NCBI GenBank assembly: GCA_016207165.1
Contig: JACQQD010000001.1
Coordinates: 32,001 to 96,000, forward strand
DNA length: 64,000 nucleotides
Reading direction: 5' to 3'
Source of the DNA: Candidatus Micrarchaeota archaeon
Lineage (GTDB): Archaea; Micrarchaeota; Micrarchaeia; Norongarragalinales; Norongarragalinaceae
Part shown: positions 17,036 to 26,370 of the stretch, piece after piece
Layout: each line of letters opens with the position of its first letter
Position numbering within the stretch: the first letter of the stretch is position 1
The notes under the pieces: generated by a model
Told to the model about the DNA's origin: nothing
The model's input: the letters and a program-made list of their open reading frames with translations, nothing else
The model's database searches: none
Program-made: the position numbers and the translations under genes

Positions 17036-18820
17036 ATGTCCGTCCTTCCAAGAAACATTACTCGAATCGCGGTCCGGCCCGCCGTAGTCCTGGAAGAAGG
17101 AAGACCCGGAGTCGCCAAAGCCATCCACGAAAAAACGGGCCTGCGGCCCATTGAACTGGACGCTGGCGACCCGGAAATTATTGATCGCGTCCAAAAAGCG
17201 CTTGACTTCGCCATTGAAGGACGCGGCCGCATCAAGGGCCACCGCGGCGGGCTGGGGCAGGCCGTCGTCGTCAACGGGCGCCTGAACCCAGAAACGAGAA
17301 GCGTGTTGAACGACACGCTGGAAACCCACTACGGGGTGACGCCCGTCCACCGAAATCCACGGCATGACGCTTCGGTTGTGGCCGAAAAAATCGTACGAGC
17401 CACCACCGTGCCGCGGATGACGCGCCGGCAGCAACACCAATTGGCTCGGGGCATCCTGGATGCGCCAACGTTTTCCGACGCGTGCCGACACATCATGGAG
17501 GAATTCCACCTCCGCGTAGTTCAAGCCGGAAAACCAAACGCGCCCCACCAAGGCTCCACATCCATTGCGCGTCGCACCACGGCGCGGCCCTTCACTCCGG
17601 ACTTTGTCCTTCTTCCACCCGACGCCCTCGGGCAACCCGCACTGGCGTACACGCACGAAATCGGGCCAGAAAAAGACATCACGCACTTGTTGCCCCAAGT
17701 GCCGCTTGAAGACACGCCAACACGCAGCCCGTACCGCGTCGCGCGCGTGTTTCGAGGCGAACAGGGAAACCGCGACGCGAAAGGAAATCCCGCACACTCG
17801 CACGACGCCAACCTGCACAAGGACCCGAACCGATTTCCTGAAATCGATAGGCGCTTGGGCCGCGCGCCGTTTACCGAGTTCGGCATTCACCTAGGAGGCC
17901 GCCGGGGCAATTCCATCGCATTGTTGCACGCCTACTCACGCCACAAAGTCCCGGCCGTTGCAAGCCGGGAATTTGCACGAGTCATGGACCGGCCCGCCGT
18001 GAGAAAAGCGTTGTACGACGCGTGGCACTCCGGGGAAAAAGACAAGACCAGTTTGGCGGCACACGCCAACCTCGTGGCAAACATGGAAGCGCAGAATCCG
18101 TACGCCATCGGGCACTCCACGCGCGTGGCGCGCATCGCGTTGGCGCTGGCGGCAGAACTCAACAAAAAACAAAAAGAGAAAGGGCGGCCGCCGGCGTTTT
18201 CTCATTCGGATTTGGAGGCCGTGGCGTGGGCCGGGCTCTTGCACGACGTTGGAAAAACCCAGGCCAAGGCGAACCCGCGGGAAACGGATCTGTACGACGA
18301 AGGAGAACCAGCGCTTCAAGAATTTCAAAAACACGCGCAGACCGCATTAAATTGGCCACCGCCTCGGCCCGGCTCGCTTTCCGCCATCGTCTTGGTTGCG
18401 GCCACACACCCACACGGAACACCAGGCGCGCCTGAAAAAGAGAGGCGAATCGCGGAACTGGTTCACGCCGCAAGCGAGTACGACCGCATCATGGCGCCCC
18501 GCGCAGACACCCGGGAAGCAATCTTTCTTCCGCGCGGCGGCCGGGTTTTGGGCGTTCGCCGTGGAAAGATTTTTTCACACGAGACGGCCGTAGACCACCT
18601 CCGATACTTGGCCCGTGAGGGACGCGTCAAAAAAGAGTTTGTTTCGGCGCTTGAAGCACTCCACCCAGACACTGTGCGCGGAGTGTACGCCGACTACAAA
18701 CCCCGCGATTACTTGTTGCACTGGGAGAACGAGGAAGACAGCGAGCTGCCGCCGTGGGACCAGCCCCAAGCGCGTTTGTTCATCCCCATCACACGTGAAG
18801 AAGAAAAAAAGTACGGATGA
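17036..18820 (+). CDS. Large protein with C-terminal HD-GYP-like domain
   Basis: GHSTRVA, GLLHDVGK, ELVHAASEYDRIMAPR...SHETAVDHL; GYP motif degenerate. Confidence 0.7.
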   Translation: MSVLPRNITRIAVRPAVVLEEGRPGVAKAIHEKTGLRPIELDAGDPEIIDRVQKALDFAIEGRGRIKGHRGGLGQAVVVNGRLNPETRSVLNDTLETHYGVTPVHRNPRHDASVVAEKIVRATTVPRMTRRQQHQLARGILDAPTFSDACRHIMEEFHLRVVQAGKPNAPHQGSTSIARRTTARPFTPDFVLLPPDALGQPALAYTHEIGPEKDITHLLPQVPLEDTPTRSPYRVARVFRGEQGNRDAKGNPAHSHDANLHKDPNRFPEIDRRLGRAPFTEFGIHLGGRRGNSIALLHAYSRHKVPAVASREFARVMDRPAVRKALYDAWHSGEKDKTSLAAHANLVANMEAQNPYAIGHSTRVARIALALAAELNKKQKEKGRPPAFSHSDLEAVAWAGLLHDVGKTQAKANPRETDLYDEGEPALQEFQKHAQTALNWPPPRPGSLSAIVLVAATHPHGTPGAPEKERRIAELVHAASEYDRIMAPRADTREAIFLPRGGRVLGVRRGKIFSHETAVDHLRYLAREGRVKKEFVSALEALHPDTVRGVYADYKPRDYLLHWENEEDSELPPWDQPQARLFIPITREEEKKYG

Positions 18821-19003
18821 GGCGGGCGAGCCGACAAATAAAAAAGAGTAACAACAATCATGCGACGGCCCGATTCAACGCGCGCGCAAAAAAAAGTTCA
18901 CTGGGGAAAAAAATTTTTGGAAAGGAAACGTGAAAAATTTTCCGAGGGAAAAACAACAACGTTTAAAAGCAAGCCGACGTCATGTTTGCGGTGAAACACC
19001 TAC

Positions 19004-19057
19004 ATGGCAAAGAAGAAAGCAAAGAAGAAAGGCGGTAAGAAGAAAAAGAAGCGCTGA
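19004..19057 (+). CDS. 17-aa Lys-rich micro-protein MAKKKAKKKGGKKKKKR
   Basis: TATA-like TTTAAAA at 18962, GGTGA RBS-like site at 18990, pyrimidine-rich terminator downstream. Confidence 0.6.
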   Translation: MAKKKAKKKGGKKKKKR

Positions 19058-19268
19058 TTTCAGCGGATCTTTTTGATTCCTTCCTTACCCCTTCCTTTCT
19101 TTTTCAGTTCCTGATTCCTTTTTGAATGGCGCGTTGCACGATTTTTTTTTATTTCTCCGGCCCCGACGCGCGCGAAAACCAAAACGGCACCGTGAACGAA
19201 TCAACGCGAATCGCCATCAACCCAGCGAAACCAAAGAAATAGAAAAAAAAAGGAAAAAAGAAGAAAAA

Positions 19269-19586
19269 TTAGAAGTGGCGTTTGTAGCGGTGTGAGTAAG
19301 GCAGGGGCTTCTTAACGGGTTCCGGTTCGGGCTCTGGTTCTTCGGGCACGGGTTGAGAAGAAACGATCACGATTTTCTCCACGGCCCGCACGCTCTTGTA
19401 CATGATGGTCTTTTCCTTGAACACGCGCTTGGCTTCTTCCTTGCTGGCCGCGCGGATGGGCTCCAAGGTCAAGCGGGCGGCTTCGCCTTTCTGCAAGTCG
19501 ATGATCACATCATAGACTTTCCCAACGTAGTCGGCTTTGTCCGTGTAGACTTCCATGCCGATTAGCTGCGACATCTTCAACGTCAT
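19269..19586 (-). CDS. PRC-barrel protein (CdpB-like cell division factor)
   Basis: LIGMEVYTDKADYVGKVYDVIIDL. Confidence 0.8.
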   Translation of the reverse strand: MTLKMSQLIGMEVYTDKADYVGKVYDVIIDLQKGEAARLTLEPIRAASKEEAKRVFKEKTIMYKSVRAVEKIVIVSSQPVPEEPEPEPEPVKKPLPYSHRYKRHF

Positions 19587-19677
19587 GTAAACTCGCTCCT
19601 CCGAAAAACTTGAAGTTAAACACAGAATGCGTAAACCGCCTCTAAAAAGGCTTTGGTTCCAGTAATCCGCCTCAACA

Positions 19678-20076
19678 CTACTCCACGCGGACCGTGATTT
19701 TTTTCCGCGCTTGGTTCAACACGTGACCGTAGTCCCGGTAATGCGCCGACGCCAACAACCCAATCGAGTACGTGCCCGGCGCGCTTTTCTGGTTGGAATA
19801 CACGCCGGCCTTGAACCGCTTGGACTCGCCCGGCAGAAGCGACCCCAACCGCACTTCCCGCTGCTGCATCAAACCCGTTCGATCCAATCCCAACACCCGG
19901 GGAACCACCACCGTCACGGACGTCAACAGGGGCTGGTCCGACGTGTTTTGGATGAAGACCTCCAAGTCCACGGCGTCGTTGCGATGCGCCGTCAAGCGAA
20001 ACGGGTGCACTTCAGCCTCCAAGTCGTACAGGATGCCGCGCACCGGCTTTTTGCCCAGGAAATCCAAGAAACCCAT
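19678..20076 (-). CDS. Ig-like beta-sandwich hypothetical protein
   Basis: Beta-rich; LGSLLPGESKRF...PGTY pattern. Confidence 0.65.
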   Translation of the reverse strand: MGFLDFLGKKPVRGILYDLEAEVHPFRLTAHRNDAVDLEVFIQNTSDQPLLTSVTVVVPRVLGLDRTGLMQQREVRLGSLLPGESKRFKAGVYSNQKSAPGTYSIGLLASAHYRDYGHVLNQARKKITVRVE

Positions 20077-20111
20077 GAAAACCAGAAAGCGCTCTAGGAC
20101 GCCATACGATT

Positions 20112-20477
20112 TTATACGTTGTCCTTGGCCGTCCACGCCCGCCAAAACGCGGCGTAGCCTTCCAAAACCCCGGAAAACGCGGGTGAAAGGGCGTAGGGGC
20201 GACCCCGCTTTTTTTGTTCCAAGAAACCGCTTTGCAAAAGCGCGGTGACGGCCAAATAAAGCGCGCTTTTTTGGGAGCCGGTTTCCACCAACAACTCTGA
20301 AAACGTGCGCGGCCGCTCGCGCACCAACCCCAACACCTGGGCGGCCAACTGCTTGCGTTGCGCAGAAAACGAGAAACTGGCGTCCAGCAAGTCAAACACC
20401 GTGAAATGGCCTTTTTGGATGGAATCCACATCCCCCAACCGGACGCGAACGCGCGCAAACCATGGTTTCTCCGCCAT
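20112..20477 (-). CDS. Winged-HTH protein
   Basis: PRTFSELL..TGSQKSALYLAVTALLQSGFLE...YALS. Confidence 0.7.
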   Translation of the reverse strand: MAEKPWFARVRVRLGDVDSIQKGHFTVFDLLDASFSFSAQRKQLAAQVLGLVRERPRTFSELLVETGSQKSALYLAVTALLQSGFLEQKKRGRPYALSPAFSGVLEGYAAFWRAWTAKDNV

Positions 20478-20638
20478 AACGCAAAAAAAACGCGGCCGTC
20501 TTCTTAACCCCACACCCCCCACACTTCCAGTAATGTGACAAGGGCCGGTTGTATGGCAAAAGGCAGGTGGTTTGGTTAGGCGGCCGAACGCAAACCCAAA
20601 GCCAGGGTTATTTATTCAATATTTCCGTTGGGAGGGAT

Positions 20639-21157
20639 ATGGTGTTGGCCCAACCTGAAATTTTCAAAGCCATCCAAAAAAAACAAATCCAGATTCAGCC
20701 GTTTTCCCCGGAGTTGGTGGGGTCGTGTTCCGTTGATTTCCGCCTTGGAAACCACTTCAAACGCATCAAGAAAAGAAAAACACACCTCCACATTACCGGA
20801 AACCCACACTACAAAGACGATTTCCACCAAGAATTCAACTTGAAGGATGATGAATACCTCAAAATCAATCCCAACGAACTGGTTTTGGGTGTCACCCACG
20901 AAAAATTGACGTTGGACGACCGACACTGTGCCTTCATTGAAGGCCGAAGCAGGCTGGCACGACTTGGCTTGTTGGTCCACGTTTCTTCCAGTTTAATTCA
21001 ACCCGGCGTTTCCAACCACCAAGTCCTCGAAATAGTCAACTTATCCCCCCAACCCCTGTACTTACAACCCAAAACCATTATTTGCCAGATTGTTTTTGAT
21101 GAACTCAAGGGACGCGCCCATTATGCGGGCCGGTTCCGCCATCAAACCAAAGCCTGA
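20639..21157 (+). CDS. dcd: dCTP deaminase
   Basis: SVDFRLG, EGRSRLARLGL.VH, QPG, LEIVN, ICQIVF. Confidence 0.9.
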   Translation: MVLAQPEIFKAIQKKQIQIQPFSPELVGSCSVDFRLGNHFKRIKKRKTHLHITGNPHYKDDFHQEFNLKDDEYLKINPNELVLGVTHEKLTLDDRHCAFIEGRSRLARLGLLVHVSSSLIQPGVSNHQVLEIVNLSPQPLYLQPKTIICQIVFDELKGRAHYAGRFRHQTKA

Positions 21158-21202
21158 AAACAACCAAACAACCCAGTTTACTGGAACTATGGGGGGCGTG
21201 CC

Positions 21203-22444
21203 ATGAAAATTACGGCCATAACACCACGACAAATCCTAGATTCCCGCGGCAATCCGACTCTTGAAGTGGACTTCAGCGTACAAAACCAGGTGTACCGCGC
21301 CGCCGTGCCCTCCGGCGCTTCCACCGGAACCCATGAAGCCGTGGAATTGCGCGACGGGAAACCCGCCTACCACGGCAAAGGAGTGCAAAAAACAATTGCC
21401 CACGTAAAAAAACTCGCGAAAAAAATCAAAGCCAAAACGTTCACCACTCAAAACCAGTTCGACGGCTTTCTCCTACAGCAAGACGGCACCCCCACCAAGA
21501 AAAAACTCGGCGCCAACACCCTCCTTGCGTTAAGCCTCGCTTTTGCCCGCGGCCACGCTGGAAAAAAACGGTTGTACGCCGACTTGGCGGAAGCCCTGAA
21601 GAAAACGCCCCGCCTGCCCCTTCCCTTTGCCAACGTGCTTAACGGCGGTCGGCACGCCGGCACGCCCCTTAAAATCCAGGAATTCATGGTTGTGCCTGTA
21701 GGCGCAAAAACCTTTTCCGAAGCCACGCAAATGGTTTCCGAAGTCTACCACTCCCTGAAAAAAGACGCCGTCCAGAAATTCGGTGCCTCCGCTGGAAACG
21801 TTGGTGATGAAGGCGGCATCGCCCCGCCCCTCCAGAACACGCGGCAAGCCCTGGACTTGATTTGGCGGGCGGTCGAGGAAAACGGGTACTCGCAAAAAAT
21901 GGCGTTGGCGCTGGATTGCGCCGCCTCGGAATTCTACGAACGCGGCACGTACTACGTCGACGGAAAACACATCACCCCTGCGGAACTCACGCAATACTAC
22001 CTGGACTTGCACGGCCAATACCGGTTCATCAGCCTGGAGGACCCCTTCCACGAGGAAAGCTTCACGGAATTCGGGGTTCTGACCCGCCTCTTGCGCGGCA
22101 AAGCCCAAGTGGTTGGCGACGACTTGACGGTCACCAACCCCCGCCGCATCCTTCAAGCAAAAAAAAGTTGTTCGGCCCTGCTCTTGAAAGTCAACCAAAT
22201 AGGCACCCTGTCGGAATCCTTTGCCGCCGCAAAAACCGCGGAGTCCCTGGGCTGGAACGTCATGGTCTCGCACCGCTCCGGCGAAACCGAGGACGCCTTC
22301 ATTTCCGACTTGGCCACCGCGTTGGCCTGCGGCCAAATCAAGCTCGGCGCGCCGGCCCGAGGCGAACGCACCGCCAAATACAACCAATTGCTGCGCATTG
22401 AAGAAGACGGCGTGAAACTCAAACTCTTTTCACTACCTCACTAG
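21203..22444 (+). CDS. eno: Enolase
   Basis: DSRGNPTLE, PSGASTG, VGDEGG, LLKVNQIG, SHRSGETED. Confidence 0.98.
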   Translation: MKITAITPRQILDSRGNPTLEVDFSVQNQVYRAAVPSGASTGTHEAVELRDGKPAYHGKGVQKTIAHVKKLAKKIKAKTFTTQNQFDGFLLQQDGTPTKKKLGANTLLALSLAFARGHAGKKRLYADLAEALKKTPRLPLPFANVLNGGRHAGTPLKIQEFMVVPVGAKTFSEATQMVSEVYHSLKKDAVQKFGASAGNVGDEGGIAPPLQNTRQALDLIWRAVEENGYSQKMALALDCAASEFYERGTYYVDGKHITPAELTQYYLDLHGQYRFISLEDPFHEESFTEFGVLTRLLRGKAQVVGDDLTVTNPRRILQAKKSCSALLLKVNQIGTLSESFAAAKTAESLGWNVMVSHRSGETEDAFISDLATALACGQIKLGAPARGERTAKYNQLLRIEEDGVKLKLFSLPH

Positions 22445-22538
22445 TCGGCCCCGGCCCACCAATCCCAATACCCCCGTGGTTTCACTTACCCGCGATCCCA
22501 CCCGAAACCCTTAAGCCCGTTGGCGCGTTGAGTCTGCC

Positions 22539-23231
22539 ATGGTGTTGCCTGTTTTGGCCGCATTGGTTTTGTCCGGCGTGCACCTCTTCAGCCATGAGAT
22601 TGAGGAACACGTCCACCGCTATCGCGGGCACGTCGTGAGCCTGTCCGCCGGCCTGTTCCTCACGTACTTATTACTGGAACTGTTTCCCCGCATTGCGTTG
22701 GACGGCAGCGTGCTTTGGGGCCGGTCGGTGTTCGCGTTTCTGCTGCTCGGCTTTACCGCCTACCACCTCCTGGAGAAGCACGCGTACCAACACCACGCCC
22801 GCACCAAACAACAATTCCGTGAGTTGACGCAGTTGCATGCCGCGGGGTTTGCCTTGGACGGTTTCATCATCGGCGTTTTCTTGGTGTTGTTTTTCATCGG
22901 TCAACCAGGCGGCGTGCAGATCGCCGCCTTCATTCCCCTTCTCCTACACTCCTTGTCCGCGTCGCTGACCCTGCAACACCTCCAAACCCGTTTCAAACAA
23001 CCCGAGACGCGGTTGTTGGCGTTGACGCCGTTGGCCGGCGCCTTGGCGGCCACCGCCGTGCCCCTACCGCAAGCCACCTTCTACGCCGTGCTCGCGTTTC
23101 TCACCGGCGTGCTTTTGTACGTGACCATCCGACACGCCCTGCCGCAAGGACGCGACGGACACAAGGCGTTGTTCGTTGCCGGCGTGGCGGCCGGATACCT
23201 GTTTCTGGAATTCGCCCGGCTTCCCTTCTAA
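22539..23231 (+). CDS. ZIP-like membrane protein (possible metal transporter)
   Basis: About 8 TM helices; SLSAG..L.Y.LLELFP; His-rich loop. Confidence 0.6.
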   Translation: MVLPVLAALVLSGVHLFSHEIEEHVHRYRGHVVSLSAGLFLTYLLLELFPRIALDGSVLWGRSVFAFLLLGFTAYHLLEKHAYQHHARTKQQFRELTQLHAAGFALDGFIIGVFLVLFFIGQPGGVQIAAFIPLLLHSLSASLTLQHLQTRFKQPETRLLALTPLAGALAATAVPLPQATFYAVLAFLTGVLLYVTIRHALPQGRDGHKALFVAGVAAGYLFLEFARLPF

Positions 23232-23253
23232 AAACAAGGCCGGGCATCGCCCT

Positions 23254-24513
23254 CTAAGAAACGCGCCGGGAACCGGTGTGCTTGGTTTGGCGTATTGTCT
23301 CCAACAACAACGGCATGAAGTCCCACCCGTTGATCGTGGGCCCTGGGTTCTTTTCCTCAAAACGGTTTCCTTCCGCCGGGACGCCGGCGCCGGATAACAA
23401 GAACGGCACGGGGTCCGCGGAATGCGCTTTCAAGATGCAGGGCGTGCTGTGGTCGCCGGTTACCGCGGTTCTCACGTTTCTCAAATCCAGTTTCTCCAGA
23501 AACGGCTTGAAGAAGAACGCGTCGATTTCCTCAATGCTCTTCTTTTTCCCCCGCGCGTCGCCGTCGTGGCCGAACACGTCGGGGCCCTTGAGGTGCACGT
23601 AGACGCCGTCGTGGTTTTTAAGAGTATTACGCGCGGTGTCTGCCACGTGCGCGTACTGCCTTTCCACGCCTTCATGCGGCTTTACGCGCACGATGTCCAT
23701 GCCCATGAGTTTTGCGATGCCCTCCTCCATCGGCATCTCGCTTAAAATGGCCCAGCGTCCAGGCAGGGGGCGTAGTGTCTTGTTTTTGCTTTCCGGGTCC
23801 CGCAACAAAACGGCGTTGCCCGGCGGTTTTCCCTCGGAAACCCGTTTTTGGTTTGTTGCGCTCCGGTTCAAAACCGTAAAACTTTTCCGCGTGAATTCGT
23901 TGACCAGTTCCGCGGCCCGCTTGGCCGCCGGCGCCAACGGCTTGCAAGGCGCAATCTTCATTTCAAACCTCGCTTTGGCCGAACCCAGTCCGTGGACGAC
24001 TTCATACGCCGGATCCGTGTTGGTGACGCGGGCGTCCAACGGGGTTTCGGCGCGGATTACCAACACGCCCCGGTGGCCTTTGGTGGCCTTGAACTTAAAC
24101 GACGCGCCATCCAACTTCACGTTCGCGGTGACGTCTTTGGCCAATTGCCCGGCTTCCTCCGACGTCAAGCTTCGGCCCGCGCGCCGGTCCGTCAACGTGG
24201 TGCCGTCGTTGTCCACGGAAGCGAAGTTGGCGCGCAACGCCAAATCCCCGTCGTTGAACCGCATGCCGGCGCCTTTGGCCTCCAAAAAGCCGCGGCCCAC
24301 GTGGCATTCAAACGGGTTGTGGCCCAACACGCTGCACACCCCCACATCGCTTTCAGGCGCCACGTCTTTGGCGATGCGCAGCGCGCCCGTTCGGCCGGCT
24401 CGAGCCAATCCCTGCAGGTTCGGCGCCCGCGCGGATTGAAGCGGCGTTTTTCCGTTCAAGTCCGGGTGCGGCAAATCACCGACCCCATCCAAAACCACCA
24501 AAACCCATTTCAT
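23254..24513 (-). CDS. apgM: Cofactor-independent phosphoglycerate mutase (archaeal type)
   Basis: VLDGVGD, TPLQ.A, PESD, HLKGPDVFGHDGD, TGDHSTP, HSADPVP. Confidence 0.93.
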   Translation of the reverse strand: MKWVLVVLDGVGDLPHPDLNGKTPLQSARAPNLQGLARAGRTGALRIAKDVAPESDVGVCSVLGHNPFECHVGRGFLEAKGAGMRFNDGDLALRANFASVDNDGTTLTDRRAGRSLTSEEAGQLAKDVTANVKLDGASFKFKATKGHRGVLVIRAETPLDARVTNTDPAYEVVHGLGSAKARFEMKIAPCKPLAPAAKRAAELVNEFTRKSFTVLNRSATNQKRVSEGKPPGNAVLLRDPESKNKTLRPLPGRWAILSEMPMEEGIAKLMGMDIVRVKPHEGVERQYAHVADTARNTLKNHDGVYVHLKGPDVFGHDGDARGKKKSIEEIDAFFFKPFLEKLDLRNVRTAVTGDHSTPCILKAHSADPVPFLLSGAGVPAEGNRFEEKNPGPTINGWDFMPLLLETIRQTKHTGSRRVS

Positions 24514-24551
24514 ACGCTTTTTAAGGCAAGAAAACCATAAAACCGTTTACT

Positions 24552-24881
24552 ATGAAAGTGCGATGCAAAAACTGCCACCTTGAGTTTACGGCCGACGACT
24601 TTCGGCGCGTGGAACAGTGTCCGCGGTGCAATTCCAAGAGCTTGGACAAGACCCGCGACCCCCCCAAACCGGTGGAAGAAAAGAAAGACGACGCCCCCAA
24701 AGTCTACGGCGCGTCCGGAGTCATCCACGGCGACACCAAAGCGGCGTGGAAGAGCTTTCACCAATCCGAGCAAAAACTCTGCCCCAACTGCGGCGGCTCC
24801 GAGTTTCTGCTGGACTTTAAACGCAAGGAAAAAACCTGCAAGAAATGCGGCGACGTTCTGCCCTTGGCCCGCCGGTCGTGA
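24552..24881 (+). CDS. Double Zn-ribbon protein
   Basis: CKNC...CPRC and CPNC...CKKC. Confidence 0.75.
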   Translation: MKVRCKNCHLEFTADDFRRVEQCPRCNSKSLDKTRDPPKPVEEKKDDAPKVYGASGVIHGDTKAAWKSFHQSEQKLCPNCGGSEFLLDFKRKEKTCKKCGDVLPLARRS

Positions 24882-24888
24882 CGATTCC

Positions 24889-25029
24889 ATGTTGGCTGCT
24901 TTAACCGACTCCTTGCTGGTCGTTTTCTTCAACGGTTTGGCGGTGTTGGACGACGTCTTGCGCGAGCCCCTCGGCGAAAACGCGTTGTGGGTCGTCCTTT
25001 TCGGCCTCGCCGTCTTGGCCGTCGTCTAG
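24889..25029 (+). CDS. Small hydrophobic protein, 46 aa
   Basis: ATG 8 nt after the upstream stop; two hydrophobic stretches. Confidence 0.4.
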   Translation: MLAALTDSLLVVFFNGLAVLDDVLREPLGENALWVVLFGLAVLAVV

Positions 25030-25038
25030 TGGTGCCTT

Positions 25039-25308
25039 GTGCCCGACGCGCCCCCGGAAAACACGTTCAAGAAAGTCGACGAAAACCGCCACGACAACGG
25101 CGAGGAACAAAAAGTAATCCTCCTCTCCGGCTTCTCCGACAAACAATTGCACGCCGTCATTGACGCCTACCAGTCCAACCCGGAATTGCCTAAAACAATT
25201 TTCGCGACGGTCACGGAGGCATCCCAGGAATTCAAAGTCAAAGACTTGCTGGCGGAACTCAAACTCGAACTGGCCCAAATCCAGGCCGCCAAAAAAAAGA
25301 AGGCCTAG
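25039..25308 (+). CDS. DUF3783-like protein
   Basis: VILLSGFSDKQL...IFATVT...KVKDLLAEL. Confidence 0.65.
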   Translation: MPDAPPENTFKKVDENRHDNGEEQKVILLSGFSDKQLHAVIDAYQSNPELPKTIFATVTEASQEFKVKDLLAELKLELAQIQAAKKKKA

Positions 25309-25676
25309 TCGGACAACGCTTCCCTCACGAACCGCAGCAACCGGGTGCGCGTGTCCCTAATGCCTCCTGGAAAACCTGCAATGCTGTCTGACGCAAAATC
25401 AATCTCAAAATGGCGCGGTTTGCCTTCGGCTACGTGGGCCTCCGCCATCCTTTTCATGAATTCGACGACTTCCCGCCGGCTTCCGCCGCCCGACGCGGTG
25501 GGTGCCACACCCGCCAGTTTTTTTAATTCCTCGGGCCGAAGCGGCCGCTCCAAGCCCGGGTCTACGTGCCGGCGCACGGAGTCAACGGGCCGAACCTCCA
25601 CATGCTCCACCCCCGTGGAGCCGCCACCCGGGCCGCGCTGGCGCGTCTGCCGAATCAAGAAATGCACGCCGTCCAT
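25305..25676 (-). CDS. Hypothetical protein
   Basis: ATG immediately after the HD gene; fills the gap. Confidence 0.45.
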   Translation of the reverse strand: MDGVHFLIRQTRQRGPGGGSTGVEHVEVRPVDSVRRHVDPGLERPLRPEELKKLAGVAPTASGGGSRREVVEFMKRMAEAHVAEGKPRHFEIDFASDSIAGFPGGIRDTRTRLLRFVREALSD

Positions 25677-25681
25677 TCCAA

Positions 25682-26212
25682 CTACCTCCGAAACTTCTTG
25701 TACCAATCCGACGGCTTCGCCCGCCTCAGTTCGGCGTACCACGACTTGGCCGTTTTTGTCTTGAGTTTGGGCCCGGCCAAGTCAAACCACGTCTGCGCCT
25801 CCCCGTAGCCGGCGGCCACGTACTCTTTGGCCGTCGCCGCCAACTCCAACACGTCCGCGTCCTTGACCACCACCTGAATTTCCGCCGGCACGCGTTTTCC
25901 CAACGCGTCCCGCGTTTTCTTCGGCGCGTTTTGCAGTTGGTCGCGCCACGCCGCCTCCGCGTCAACGACCACGTATTTCTTGGCCACCTTGTGAACGTCC
26001 AGGGTCCGCGCTTCCGCGGCATCGTGAAACAAGGCCGCCACGCACGCTTTTTCGCCGTCCTGTTTTTCCTCCAATGCCAACGCGTACGCGATGCACGCCG
26101 CGCGAAACGCGTGTTCCGCCACGGTCTCCGGATGCCTGACTTTGGCGCTCCACCACCCGCTGCGCGCGATGCGCTTGAGTTCGCCCAACTCGAAAAACCA
26201 ATCCACGGCCAT
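25682..26212 (-). CDS. HD-domain hydrolase (YfbR/HD_3-like)
   Basis: LKRIARSGW, ETVAEH, LFHD.AE, DADVLE. Confidence 0.85.
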   Translation of the reverse strand: MAVDWFFELGELKRIARSGWWSAKVRHPETVAEHAFRAACIAYALALEEKQDGEKACVAALFHDAAEARTLDVHKVAKKYVVVDAEAAWRDQLQNAPKKTRDALGKRVPAEIQVVVKDADVLELAATAKEYVAAGYGEAQTWFDLAGPKLKTKTAKSWYAELRRAKPSDWYKKFRR

Positions 26213-26370
26213 GAATCGTTTAGTCCGAAGCCCGCCGATTTAACGCTTTGCGTGACCACCGCCCGGCAAAGCCCTTAAATGCGTTGCGCCCACAATACTT
26301 TCAGTACGCTGGTTTTTCCAGGCGTTTGCTTTACAAAAAAGCCGTTTAACAGGGGGTTGGGGTTTAACGT

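Noticed and set aside
19004-19057. Ribosomal protein eL41
   Set aside because: Lacks the Arg/Trp pattern of eL41; only the basic composition is shared
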